A stretch of 62,881 nucleotides of DNA, filler included, from Reclinomonas americana ATCC 50394 (Eukaryota), in the NCBI GenBank assembly GCA_048213135.1. It is 4 parts of 2 records of this genome, joined end to end, with 100 filler letters (N's around TTAATTAATTAA, not from the genome) between each part and the next. Parts side by side here need not be neighbours in the genome. Positions count along the whole stretch, not along the records: positions 31,916 to 49,535 come from PS015386.1; 3 more parts are not named here. The stretch is one strand, 5' to 3'. A program made the position numbers and the translations under genes. Under the pieces are notes generated by a model. The model was not told the DNA's origin and did no database searches. It saw nothing but the letters and a program-made list of their open reading frames with translations. Shown here in pieces: positions 36,178-49,635 of the stretch (the first letter of the stretch is position 1; each line of letters opens with the position of its first letter).

Positions 36178-37876
36178 ATGGAGCACGTGCGTGTGGGCGA
36201 AGGAGTCGACTTTGGTGCGTGGTTCGACAAGCCACGCCACCAAAAGTACTTTAGTGGCATCTTGTCGCAGTTGCCCTTCCCGTTCCAGGTGAGCAATGCA
36301 CTCACACAGCACACACAGCACATACAGAGCATGCCAGTGAGGGCGTCTTACACATGAGAGAGAGAGAGAGAACGAGCATGGGTGAAATGCTCAGTGATGG
36401 AGCATGCATTCATCATCATCAATCTCCATCTTTGACGCAGACTCTCGATCCGAATCGACTAATGTTGGTGTACTTTGCGGTGTCGGGCTTGGATCTGCTG
36501 GATGGTCTGCACTTGTGTGATCGGGCGGCGATCACTGAGTGGGTAATGTCGGCATTCGCGGCCGATCCAGTCGTGTTTGAGGGCGCAGGTGGTTTCCGAC
36601 CGGGCCCTTTCCTCGGCTTGCCCTTTGCTCCGGTAACTACTACTACTGCTGCTGCTGTTGTCGCGTGAGAGAGACGGTTGATTGTCGATCTCGTGCAGGA
36701 GGAGCGACGGAGAGCGGTGCACGACAACTTGCCGCTGGCGCAGTTCGACTCGCCCCACCTGGCCATGACGTACACGGCGTGCTGCATTCTGCGCATTCTG
36801 CATCAGGGCGCGACGCCGTATGTGCCGCAGTTTGAGCTGGAGCCAGTGCGACGGCTGTTGCGTGCCACGCAGACGGAGAGTGGGAGGTGAGTGGTTGGTT
36901 CGGCGGCGGTATCGGCGATGCGGTGAACTCACTTGCGACGTAGCTTCCGTGGCTACATGGGCTCGACGGAGACGGACATGCGGTTTTTGTTCTGCGGCAG
37001 TGCCATTGCTGCGATGCTCAATCTGTGGGATGCCTACGACAAGGACACAGCGGTGCAGTATGTGCGGAGCAGTCAGGTGCGATTGCACGCGTGTGACTCG
37101 CTTGCTGCGTTCTTTCCTAAATCCCACATCGCAGTCATGGGATCACGGTCTCGGGCAGTCGCCGGGACAGGAGTCACAAGGTGTGACGCGATGTGGCGTC
37201 TGCTCCTTCCTCTCTTCGCTTTCCTCACGCGCGACATGCACAGGCGGTTCAACGTTTTGCGGCGTGTCATCTCTGGCTCTGATGGGTCGCCTGGACGACT
37301 TCCACAGCCGCGATGAGCTGGTCGACTGGTGCGCGAAGCGGCAAGTGGGCGGCTTCCAGGGTCGTCCCAACAAGGATCCCGGTTGCGTCCTTGCTTTTTC
37401 TGCAATGTGCGCTGCCGAGTTCCCTCGATTGACCGCGGTTGTGCAGACACGTGCTACTCGTTCTGGATCGGGAGCTCGCTGTCGATTCTCGATGCCTACG
37501 AGTACGTGGATGTGTCGAGTGCAGTGGACTTTGCACGGCAGTGCCAGGACGCTCGGTGAATGTGCCGACGTCGCTCTCTCTGCTTTTTTGTCGCTCACAG
37601 TGAACCGCCTTTGCGACAGTGGCGGTTTTTCAAAATTCCCCGGCATTCGCGCCGACCCCATGCATGCGTACCTCGGTCTGGCCGGTCTATCGTTGATGGG
37701 TCATCCAGTTGCGTTGGTTTTCTTGCCTGAGTGCCATTCCCCTCCCCACTCCACGCTCACCCACGTTGCTCAACAACGCGCAGGACGTGGCGCGGCTGGA
37801 TCCGTGCCTCAACATTTCTGTTCGTGCATCGGGTGAGCTGTTCACGGCACGCGCGGGCGCTGACGCAGCCGAGTGA
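36178..37876 (+). CDS. PGGT1B: geranylgeranyl transferase type I beta subunit
   Basis: Spliced RHQKYF..LP..LDPNRLMLVYFAVSGLDLL, GGFR, HLAMTYTA, ETDMRFLFC, GSTFCGVSSLALMG, GFQGRPNKDP|DTCYSFWIG, GGFSKFPG..DPMHAYLGLAGLSL. The Zn ligands Asp, Cys and His are present. Confidence 0.95.
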
Positions 37877-37990
37877 GATCCCACGCCCTTTGTGTGTGTG
37901 TGTGTGTGATGCCAGTGCGTCCCCGTTCAATACAATGTGTAACGCGGTAGTGGTTGTAGGTAGCAACAAAACAAGTTTCTTTTATACACT

Positions 37991-40900
37991 TCACTGAGAG
38001 TCGTCAGCCTGGAAGAGATTGAACAGCAAGTCCACTTGCTGTACGGATGTGGGCGCGGGTGGCGGAGACGTGCCATTCTGGCGGCTTCCAGAGCGCGCCG
38101 TCGTGGGCGACGACATGGTGCGGACCTGCTGCAACATGTGCGACGGTGGTGGTGACGCCGGTGGCAGCGGCGGTACCAGCTGCTGCTGCGCCAGGCGCCC
38201 ACCAGCCGGAACTGGTGGCGGTGGCAGCGGTGAGAGAGGCGGGAGCGAGCCGGCTGGGCTGCCAAACATGCGTGGTGTGCCAGTGGCACTCTCCGCCTCC
38301 ATCATCACTCGCGGAGTCGAGAGCGGCTCCCACACTGGCGAAGCAATGGAGCGCGACGGTGGCAAGTACGGCAGCGGTGGCGGCGGCGGCGACTGCATGT
38401 CGGCGTGCGACGACAGATCCAGCAGCACGGTCGAAGCCTGCTTGGCGGCTTGTCCGGCTGGCTGCTGCGGCTTCGCCGACGACGAGGGCGTGGAGGCGCG
38501 TGGTGGTCGGGTGCTCACCAGGCCGCGTTCCGATCCCGTCGTCGTCTCCGTGCACAGCGAGTCGTTGCAGTTGTCGCTGGCCAGCGGACCGCGGCGGAAC
38601 GAGCTGTTGGCCGCGGCAAAGGCCGACTTCTTGTGCAGGGCAGGTGGTGAGCGCGCACGTGCGTCGAGAGGCGACTGCGGTGGCACCGGAGGTGGGGCCA
38701 GCGGAGGCAGTCGGGCGGCGCTGTCGGCGCGACCTGTGCTGCGCACTTGCCACTGGCCCGTATTATTGTCGTCGTCCGTCTGCACATTGTCGTGGTCCGT
38801 GTCCAGACCATTCTCCGACTCGTCGTGCTGGTGGCGCGCCGCGGCCGACTTGGGGTCCGTGGCAATGTCCAGCCACGTGTGGTACGGCTGCGCGTCCTTG
38901 AATGCCGGCTGCGCAGCGCTCTCGTCGGGCGCCTCAATGGTGGCGGCGAATTCGTCGTCAGTGTAGGCGTTTGAAGACAGCTCTCTGTAGCGCTTCTGAC
39001 GTTGCTGTGCCGGCTGCTTGCGGCGCACCAGGTAGCAAATGACAAACACTGCGATACCTGCATGCACGCATACACACAAATGAGTTGGATGGACACAGTA
39101 GTGGCGGATGTTGCGGTAACGCACCTCCCACAAGGACGCCAACAACGGAGCCGACCACGGCGCCGATAATGGTCGACGAGGATGACGGTGTGGTCGGCTG
39201 CGCAGCGGAAGAGCCGGCGACTTGTGTCACCGAGTACACGCCGCTGCGGCACACGGTGGCGACCAGCATGCGCGAGGATGCGTCGAACGCGTTGCGCTGC
39301 ATGTCGCCAGGGCAGAAGGATTCCGACGCCGTCATGGTCGAGCGTTGGCCCGACAAGCGCGGCGATCCCCAGGCCAGCTTGAAATCGGCCTGCAGAGTGG
39401 GCGGTCAGCAACTGCGTTGGAGAACAAGGGCTGCATGCTGCCGTGAGTACGCAACGTCGGCCGCAATGCTCTGGTTCTCCAGCAGCTTCGACACATCCAT
39501 GGTCAATGTGAGCAGCGGAACAGAGGCAGCAGAGTCGCCGAGCACCACCAACGACTTGTCTGCCAAGATGCCGATCGTCACATTCCTAACGCACACACAC
39601 AAACAAGCGCATGGGAACACAGAAGTAATGTGAGAATGTCATTCGAGGAGATTCTCGTACCCGCACGCTACAGAGTCGGCATCGCGGCATTGCAGACCCG
39701 ACACATCTGTGCACGCACTGGTTTAGGCGCACACAACTGTGAGGCACATATCGAAACCTCTGCCGCCACTCACATTGCAGATCCACAGGCAGTGGGGACT
39801 CATCGGCGTTGCCGACAGTGAGCTCGGTGACTTGCGTGACCACGAAATCGCCCGACGCGACGCCGATTGGAACGATGTCGGTCAGGGTCGAGTCATTGTT
39901 GCCGACCATCACTGGCAGGTTGCGCAGCGTCGACGTCACACGATGCCGCGCCGAATCACGAGAGGCTGTGCGCAAGACGACGTGAGTGTGTGTCGGTTCA
40001 TCCAGCTTCAACTTGCAGCAGAGTACGAACCCGTGACGGCCATGGTGAGTCGGCTCCAGGCTGCCGAGCTGGCGAGATCCGCAGCCGGCATGCGCAACGT
40101 GACGTGCTGCGTGGACGATCCACCAGTGAAGGAGCTGGTGGCGTGTGCCGTTGTGTTGTCATCGCTGCACGCATTCACGTGAGCAGCTGCAGAGAACTGG
40201 TGTTGGGGGGAGGGGGAAGACTCACATGTACAGCTCGTATCGGTAGTCCGTGTCATGTGCGGGTGGAACGAGGAACGACACGGTGACATCGCCGCTGTGG
40301 TCGGCCCGCACCGACAGCATGTGTGGCTGTGCCGGAACTGTAAAGCACGCAAGCTGTGGATCAGCGACACCGTTGCTAGCCGGAGAGAAACATGGTGCAA
40401 GACATCAAACCAGTCGACTGCAGTGTGCCGGTCAATTCCATCGGGGCGGCCGTGGATCCGGTGGGGATGACACGCAGCACGTACGTCACGTCGTCGTCGG
40501 AGCCGAGGTACGGCTCCAGCTGCGCCGATGTCGCAGTGGCCGAGACGATGGCGCGGCGAGTGATGCGCCGACCGCGGCTTGTCATCACCAGTTCGACTGC
40601 GTATGACGAAGGAGCTGGCGTGACAGCAGGCCACGAGACTGCCACTCGCGGCACCGAGTCTCCAGACTGGTGAGAGGGAGAGGGTAGCAGCAGTGTTGTT
40701 TAGATTTGAATTAACATCGGTGACGGAACAGTGCACGCCATACTCACCACCACAGCGGCCGACAGCTCCGTTGGCGTCGGTGTCGGCGTTGGCGTCGGTG
40801 TCGGTGTCGGTGTTGGAGTGGGTGCGGGGGTGGGCGTCGGAGTGGGAGTGGGAGTAGGAGTCGGCGTTGGTGTCGGTGTAGGCGTGGGAGTTGGGTCGCT

Positions 40901-43900
40901 CGGTGGCACCGGAGCTGCACAGAAAAAAGGTTAGAAAAGAGAGGCAACAATCGACGGCGGTGCTGTGCAAGTGAAGCGCACCAGGCTCGACAGTGATTGC
41001 GTGGAACTGCGTCCATGCGACCTTGTTCTCGCTCTTGAAGCACATGGTGTAGGAACCAGCGGTAAGATCGCCAATGGCCAGAGTGAGATCGTTGACGTTG
41101 TTGTCGATGCGGCTGGCGGCCAGCAGCTGCGAGTTGGTCGCCGTCGTGCAATCCGTCTCACCCTGAGGCAGGAGGCGGAAAGCAAAGAATGCACCGAGTG
41201 GAGTGCCCAGCCAATTGCCGCGCACAGTAATCGTGTGCACCGGCTTGTTGGCCACCCACGACGACGGAGTTGCCGACACGACAGACGGCACTGTGCAAGA
41301 ATGGCAATGAGTGAGTCAACACCGAATGAGCACAGAAAGCGAGTGTTGTCCGTGGGCGCACCCTTGGAGTCAGTCGATCCCAGGTTGCGCCACATGCTGC
41401 CAGGCTGCGACTGGTAGCACACCAGGTACTGCGTCTCTCGTGCACTTTCGTCCATCGTCAGTGGCGTGGTCATGGTGACAACGCCACTGCCGTCGGTGGC
41501 GAATGACGGAGTCAACAGCGTGGCGCCTGCCGAACTCGCGCCGGTGCACACGGGCGCAATGACAGCGTCTTGCACCGCCAACAGCGAGGTGGACGGGATC
41601 GACAGTCCGGAGACGGTCAGTGTAAAGTTGAATCCCGGAGCTGTGCGAAGGTGGATTTCAGCACTTTTCGTCACTCACAACAGCAAAGTACTCTTGTACA
41701 CGAACCGAGCAGGGGCGGCGACAAGAGGCAGGGCGAGGCGTCTACCGATCGTGGGCCATCGGGGTCCACGGAGACCACCACTCGTGAGACGGCGTCGACG
41801 AGCAGTACGCTGCCGTCAGCCATGATTGTGAACGACACTGGTTCCACCACTCGGGCCGTGTCGCGCAATCCAGGCACAAACTGAATCGCTGACGACGGCA
41901 CCGATGCGTCGCACACGCCGAGCATCGGCAGCGCAATGCCACCATACTGCGGCATCTGCGGGCGGGAGACAAGGGTTGAGTAATTCCACACAAGAGACAC
42001 TTCACGCTGGTGTGCGACACTCACCTCCAACAGGCAGTGACTGGCAGAGTCGGCCACCAATACTCCGCCTGTGCACGCATGCATGCATGTGGTCAGTTAC
42101 ACAAAACAAGACGTTTGTTTCGCATGGGGCGAGTGTACCGTTGGCGAGCACGGCGATTGCCGAGAGTTGACCAAAGCCGTCGTTGGTGTCGCTCTGCGCG
42201 TGACGGGAGGCGATCATGAGACACAGCCATGCAAAGACAAGCACAATAAACACTCTCATACCGAGTGCGTGCCGTCGGCAAACACCGCCACATCGGCGTA
42301 CGGTGTGCCAGTCGCATCGGTCGAGAAGACTGCTCGAAGCACGCGGTTCGACTCCGCGATAAACAGGGTGGGAGCAAAGCCACCCTTGAGTGCCACTACA
42401 AGCCCCACACAGGTCAGAGTTGTGCTAGAAGCATGACTACCGTGCGACGCAGAGACGCAACATGCTCGGNNNNNNNNNNNNNNNNNNNNNNNNNNNNNNN
42501 NNNNNNNNNNNNNNNNNNNNNNNNNNNNNNNNNNNNNNNNNNNNNNNNNNNNNNNNNNNNNNNNNNNNNNNNNNNNNNNNNNNNNNNNNNNNNNNNNNNN
42601 NNNNNNNNNNNNNNNNNNNNNNNNNNNNNNNNNNNNNNNNNNNNNNNNNNNNNNNNNNNNNNNNNNNNNNNNNNNNNNNNNNNNNNNNNNNNNNNNNNNN
42701 NNNNNNNNNNNNNNNNNNNNNNNNNNNNNNNNNNNNNNNNNNNNNNNNNNNNNNNNNNNNNNNNNNNNNNNNNNNNNNNNNNNNNNNNNNNNNNNNNNNN
42801 NNNNNNNNNNNNNNNNNNNNNNNNNNNNNNNNNNNNNNNNNNNNNNNNNNNNNNNNNNNNNNNNNNNNNNNNNNNNNNNNNNNNNNNNNNNNNNNNNNNN
42901 NNNNNNNNNNNNNNNNNNNNNNNNNNNNNNNNNNNNNNNNNNNNNNNNNNNNNNNNNNNNNNNNNNNNNNNNNNNNNNNNNNNNNNNNNNNNNNNNNNNN
43001 NNNNNNNNNNNNNNNNNNNNNNNNNNNNNNNNNNNNNNNNNNNNNNNNNNNNNNNNNNNNNNNNNNNNNNNNNNNNNNNNNNNNNNNNNNNNNNNNNNNN
43101 NNNNNNNNNNNNNNNNNNNNNNNNNNNNNNNNNNNNNNNNNNNNNNNNNNNNNNNNNNNNNNNNNNNNNNNNNNNNNNNNNNNNNNNNNNNNNNNNNNNN
43201 NNNNNNNNNNNNNNNNNNNNNNNNNNNNNNNNNNNNNNNNNNNNNNNNNNNNNNNNNGGTGCGTTGAATGGCGACGGTTGTGGATTGTCGATCTGAGTCA
43301 GCGTGCGAACCAGGGCCAGCGGATCTGTCACACTGCCCACGGCGCCGGCAAGCACGTGCACACTGCAACATGCGCGTGAGAAAATCAACGCATAGCGTAC
43401 TCGGCTGCATGCTTTCCCCCAAACCTGTTGTTGGCCTGGTCGGCAATCACAAGGCAGTCCGACTGACCCAACAGACGAGCACCGCCAGACAGCAGCATGT
43501 CACTCGGAGACTGCAGGTTGACCAGTGTCGGCAGCGAGACAACCGACGCCTGCGGTGCGTTACTGCCAGTAACCGAGATACGCATCACTCGACCGAGGCC
43601 CGAATCGAGAACCAGCAGCGCGTCGCCGGCGGGTGTCAGCAGCACGCGAGTGGGGCTGTTGAGGTGAAGGAGATCGTCGGCAGCCTACACGCAAGTATGA
43701 AGATTTTTGTGAGTCTGCCATGCGGAGGGAGCTGCGAGAGGAACAGTCGCACCACTGCTGCCATGTCCAGTTGACCGAAAAATACGCGAGGCTGCGCATT
43801 AGCCGCCGCCTCCTGAACCCACACGACGTGTCGCGTGCTGTCGGTAATGTACTTGCGGTTTGCCGAATCCACAACCACGGAGCTGCACGAAACAGGTCAG

Positions 43901-46900
43901 AATGCAGCGTACGAAGACACTGTGCACAGGAAGGAGTGTGACGCAACTGCGGACGACCCATGGTCGCAGAGTCGGTGCGGCCGTCGACCACGGTCTCCAT
44001 GCGACCGCCGCGTTGCATCATGAACGCTGCACGGACGACACTGCCATCGCTGGGATCGGTGGACGTAATCGCGACGTGGAAGGCCTTGGCCGCCTGTACA
44101 TCGGCGGGCATGGAGCACGAGAGCGACAGCTCTTGTGTCGCCTGGTCAAAGTCAACATACGCCGGCTTGGTGTCGGCGCTGAACTGGAACACGCGATTGT
44201 TCTTGTCGGTGGTTGTGACACGCGCAAACACGGCACCGGGAACTGCCGGAAAGCGGCGCTGGCTCAGCTGCAACAGGTACGGCTCCGAAACTACACAACG
44301 AGCGGATGAGACGACGCTGACAACGGTGCGAGTCTTCACGCGCGCGCAACTGCCAATGCTGATCGAGCCGGCGTTGTCGGCCGGCCAGTCGCTCCCGCTG
44401 TCTGCCAAACACATGTAGAAACGGCGGCCGACGAGCGAGGAGCCCTCCCACTCGGTTCCAATCAGAGCATCGTCCGACGGCTGCGATGAAACGAGAACAC
44501 ATGAGATTGCTGGTCGAAAGCAATCAGATGAGCAAGCAAAAAGGAGACGCACCACCGACAAAGCGACTGTCAATGACGACATGGCGGCGTCGGTTGTCGC
44601 CGGTGTGACAGACGTGACTTGCAGGCTAAAATCCGACTTGTCCGACTGGCAGGCGGCGTCGCTCTGCATCGTCACGCTCATGGTGCCGGAGGTGAGGCCG
44701 AGACCCACCACCGTCAGCTGTACCGTAGTGTTACGGTAGAGCACAGACGGACGGGCCGCCAGGCAACCGGCACGTGCCACCAGCGTCGGCCCTGCATTCT
44801 CTGGTGGTGAGTGCTCAACATCGACAATGACAATCGACAAGGGCGCACAACGCTACCGTCGGGATCAAAAGCAACGACCCTGCGCGCCACTCGATCGACG
44901 ACGTACACCATGGTGTCGTCGCCGGGGATGACGTATGCACCCGCCGGCTCGCTGAGAAGGGCGGCATCACTGCAGAGATAATAAATGAGAATCGAGTGTA
45001 CACGCCCAGTCGGTCGCCAACAACTCACCGTGTTCCCTCGGCGAATCCAGCAGTACCACACGTGCCCGCAACTGGCCACGGAGAGCCGCCACCGGCTGAG
45101 ACCTGCAGGCAACGCACGGTGTCAACATCAAGCACCGAACCCTCGGGACACGGAGAGGCGTGAGACAAGCACAAACCATGAGGACGCAGTGACTGCCGGC
45201 GTCGCTCACTACCACGGCACCTGAACACGGAAACCAGCGCGTCATGTAAGCAAGAGAGAGAGGGAGGAATCTCGTCCCTGCACTGAGAATACGAACCAGA
45301 GGCCATGATGGCAACGCCAGTGGGATCTGCAATAAAACATAGAATGATGAGAGTTGAGAAGAGAGCATGAACACGGCGAGAGCGCGCTGCTGGTGTGCAC
45401 GCACTGTTGAACCCCGAGGCAAACACGTCCGTCTTGGCGTACGCCACATCGCCACTGGCCGCAGAGAACACGGTGAAGTACAGACGGTCGCCTTGTGCAA
45501 AGTACAGTGTCGGCGACGGTCCTTGGCGCAAAGCCACTGCACACAGCCACCCTGGTGTGAGTCATTAAGGCAGACACACAGAAAGTCGTGCCAGAAAACG
45601 CAACATGAATGCGGTGCCTGCAGCGGTGCACTAGGCGTCGAGTCGACCGTGTTGACCGTGCGAATCACGGTCAGCACGCCCGGAATCAGCTCGCTCATCA
45701 CATGAATGCTGATCACACGCTCAGTGAGCCGCACCGAGACGAAGACAGAGAGACAAGGAAAGAGAGGGAATGCTCACCAGTTGGCCCCGCGGTCAGCCAC
45801 AATGACACAGTGCTGCGCACCAAAGGGACGCGATGTCTCGTCGCACAGCACGAGATCGGAGGGATCCACCAGCGCCACCGGCTTGCGATCGTTGCCCTCG
45901 ATAGACAAGACGGTCCACGAGGTGGCTCGCACATCGTTGACACGAACACGAATGATGCGCTTGTTGCCGTTCTCCAACACGTACAGATCGCTAGTGGCCG
46001 CAGCGTACGCCACACTCACAGGGGCGCGCAGCGGAATCATCTGCCCGCCACTCAGCTGCGAGTCCACACCAACGCCCGGCGTGTCGGGAATGCCAAGCAG
46101 CGAAGTGAACGAAATGGCATTGGTGTTGCTCGCCGAGCGCGCCCACACCACATGCCGTCCCGCATCGGCCACAAACATGCGATGATCGCTTGCCGCCGCC
46201 ATCACCATGCTGCGCGGATCACTAAACAACGAGTATCCGTGCGTGTCCACCACACCAGCCACCTGTGTGACACGCAAAGAGTGAGCGATTGAGTGACTCG
46301 CCAGGCACATAAGAAAAGCACAAGAGGATCACCGTCGTCAGCATGCCACCTGGTGAACGACAAACAGTAAGCACGTGATCATCACAGAATAATCTGCACT
46401 CTACATGCATGACGCACCTCGCGACATGGAAAACGTGCCAATAGCCGCCTCGCCGCCACTGTTGGTGGCGTGAATCTCCACCAGAAGCGGATCTGGCACT
46501 GTGTAGGTGTCGCCAGTGCTGCCGACAAGCTTCTCATCGACAGCGGAATCACACCGAAGCTGCAGCAGCGCTTGACCTGCGCTGACATGTGGATCGTCTG
46601 CGCGCAGCTCGAAACGCTTCGCATCACGACCGCCCAGCTACAATGCATACATGTGAGAAGGAGAGTGGTAAGAGAGAGTGTGTGTGCGTTCAGAGGGGCA
46701 GACCTCAATAGAGGTCACTGGTGTCTCAGAGGCCACAGTGACGCGAGCCACCACTGCACCGGGCACCGGTGCATATGAAGAGACGCCCTCGGTGTCGCTA
46801 GCCGAGCGCAGAATCACGCTGAGTGGTGCGGCCTCTGCGCGGAAGACAGGACAAAATTCATCGGACTGTCGGCTTACGTTCGTGCACCGCACGAGCTTGG

Positions 46901-46997
46901 TCTCACCGGCAATCACTAGTGCGCACAAGAGCCACACTGACAGCACCGAGCAGCACACCAGTCGGAGCGACGCTTGGTGGTGGGAGTGGCGTCGCAT
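37991..46997 (-). CDS. large type-I membrane protein: signal peptide, NHL-repeat/beta-propeller and Ig/cadherin-like modules, PT linker, TM, Pro-rich cytoplasmic tail (interrupted by a gap)
   Basis: Signal peptide [34 protein letters not shown]-like repeats: [79 protein letters not shown]. (PT)n at about 40770-40895. [28 protein letters not shown] followed by RRKQ. Assumed to be one gene across the 42470-43257 gap. Confidence 0.72.
40770..40895 (-). repeat. coding Pro-Thr hexanucleotide repeat
   Basis: About 20 degenerate PT units (PTPTPT...) in an exon of the NHL-repeat gene. Confidence 0.9.
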
Positions 46998-47317
46998 TCC
47001 GTCCCGAATTTCCTTGATTTGTCCGAACTGCAATGACTGCCACAAAGCGCGTGGGGCTGTCGGATGCGTCTGAGGCTGTGCGTGATCCGATGCCGAAGAG
47101 TCGGCGAGTAACGATAGAGATTAAAAAAGGATGGAGAAAAGGAAAAGAGCAAAACAATGAGCGCGGTGTGCGCTCGCACAAAATCTCTCGCTATTCGGTC
47201 GAAAAAAATGGCGGGACGATTTTGATTGATCTTCGACCGTTGAACGAGCAAAGAAAGAAAAAGTTTTTCTTGTCTCGTGACGGGGAGAGAGAGTGCGCGC
47301 GACGAAACAGGTGGGGG

Positions 47318-49535
47318 ATGGCCGACGCCACTGAACTTGATGCCTCCTCCGCAGTGAGACCACAGCCTTTGTCACAACAGCCGCAGCGGTTTCAGAGACC
47401 TCTCGCGTGGGCAGTGAGCATCTCGGCCGCTGCGTGTTCGGCCCTCGGTGCCTTTGCACTCGCCACCAATCACTGGCTGTTGCGTGTCTCGTGTAGTGCT
47501 ACAGAGAGAGAGAGAGGAGGGGTAGTGCTGACTGACTGTTGACCGTGGTTGTGTTGTCGCAACGCAGCACAATTAATTGTACTGTTGACGACCCGGCATT
47601 CGCGACATCGTCGGGCTTGTCTACCGGGTGCGTACGCGCGCGCGTGTGTGTGTGTCCGCTTAACCTGTTTCGCCTGCGTGTGTACTCATGATGTGAGTGG
47701 GGTGAGTGCAGCTCAACGTGCATTGCCAGTCGACCGTGCACATCATTTTCGGTAACTACCGATGCAGCTAAACTGGTGAGCGGTGGCGCCTTCTCATTTG
47801 CGTCTGTTGACCGCGACTGATCATGTGTGTGTGCTCTGACAGTGTCTGGCTCTGGGGGCTGCGGGAACTGGGCTGATGGGAGCCCTGGCAATTCTGGCAA
47901 CTATTCACGCCGTATCTGCACGTCGCTGGACCAAAGCGTGTGGCGTGGTGCGTGTATGTGTCACGCTGACGCGACCTGACTTGTTGCACTCACGTTGTGC
48001 TTGTGTCGGCAGGTGGCGGGCTCGGTGAGTGCCATTCTCTGGCTGGTGGCGGTGGCCTACTTTACGGCAAGGACGAACCGCGCCTCGACGTGTTCATCCG
48101 GTGCCAAGATGGCGTGGGGATACTCGTACATTGTAGCATGGTGAGTGGGGGTTGCTTGTCCTTGGTGGTGTGCGGTCACCGGCATCATTATATTCAACGA
48201 GGTTGCATCCATCCGCGCAGGTTGTTTGGCCCCTTGCTCGGTACATTACCAGCCGTTGGCTCGTGGTGGCTTTTCATGCCAGCACCCTCGCCTCGCACCT
48301 CCAATGCCAAGTACGCCGTGCAGCCGGCGGCAGCACCGCGCGATGTCACGCAAGGGTGGGAGGCGACGAATGTGGAGGTGAATGTGGCGCCTGTGTCACC
48401 GGACGATGCCGGCCGCAAGAAGAGGAGGCGGAAGCGCAGCGCCAACGGGACAAGCATTGCTATCGAGAACGACGGCACTGCCTTGGTGCTGTCACCCTCG
48501 GGGAAAACAGCACTCACGCCACGACGTCAGGAGCAAGACGGTGCCTCCACGAAGACCGACTTGGTGAATTTCGTGGCCTCACCCGAGTCGCACAAGTCGT
48601 TCGAGGAGGTGCGTCTGCCAAAGACGCACAGTTCCGCCGGCGTGGAAGATGCTTTTGCGGAGCATCGAGCGCGGTTTGGTCCGAGCGAACTGGCAGCCGA
48701 GGCGCCTCGTGTGCCACGGCGTCTGCATTCCCCGCCACCGCCGAAGCGCGAGGCATCAGAGGGCGGTGACAGCACTGCACGCTCCTCGTCCTCGTCGACG
48801 GGCGAGTTGCCCCCGCCTGCGCAACTCGACAGCGATCCGGCCGATGCCGACGACGATGCGGTGGGTCGACAAGGAGAAGAGGAGCAGGAGAATGTGGAGC
48901 AGCAGGAGGAGGAGGGCGGCGTCCAGTTGCAGCAGCGCATCGACCAGCCACGTTCGTCGCCGTCGTCCATTGCACCGTCGTCCTTTATGTCACCAACAGG
49001 GGGTGCGTCGTCAGTGGCCTCGAGAGCGCAAGCGGACGGGCGTGCGAGATTCGACGATTCCGTCGCCAAGCCTGCCGGTGGCGCACGGTTACATTCGCCA
49101 CCGCCGCCACCACGAGACGCGAGCGACGACGAGGACGAAGACGAAGAAGAAAATGTGGAGAAACCCGCAGCAGCAGAGGGGCATGCTCGTTTCGGCGGCG
49201 ACGTAGCCGGTCACGAGAACCGACATCGCCTGAAATCACCGCCACCACCACCTGCAGACGAGGCACTGGAGGAGGAGGAGGAGGAGGAGAAGGAGAAGGA
49301 AGGAGAGAACGGCAAAGAGGATGCACAGGGTACAGGCGATGCAGTGGAGGTCGAGTCGCACGCGGCTTCGCACGCTCACTTTGGCGGTGACATTGTCGGC
49401 CACGAGAGCAGGCATCGACTGAAATCACCTCCACTACCAGCACCGACAGATGATGATGATGAGGAGGAGGAGGAGGACGAAAAGGAACGTGGCGGTGTGG
49501 AGGAGGCACAGGGCACAGGCGATACAGCATCACAT
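47318..49535 (+). CDS. claudin/PMP22/EMP-superfamily-like tetraspan membrane protein with a long acidic, repetitive C-tail (3' end in a gap)
   Basis: TM1 LAWAVSISAAACSALGAFALA followed by TNHWL; Cys-containing first loop; TM2 CLALGAAGTGLMGALAILATI; TM3 VAGSVSAILWLVAVAYF; WGYSYIVAW|LFG motif leading into TM4. Confidence 0.68.
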
Positions 49536-49579
49536 NNNNNNNNNNNNNNNNNNNNNNNNNNNNNNNNNNNNNNNNNNNN

Positions 49580-49591
49580 TTAATTAATTAA
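49580..49591. other. artificial six-frame-stop linker in a gap of unknown size
   Basis: 44N-TTAATTAATTAA-44N. Confidence 0.95.
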
Positions 49592-49635
49592 NNNNNNNNN
49601 NNNNNNNNNNNNNNNNNNNNNNNNNNNNNNNNNNN

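Noticed and set aside
37381..37447. Alternative reading of the shifted donors as non-canonical TT...AGN introns (cleavage one base downstream)
   Set aside because: At PGGT1B this would change the Zn-ligand Asp (GAC) of DTCYSFW to Gly. The GT-AG reading preserves conserved residues at the informative sites.
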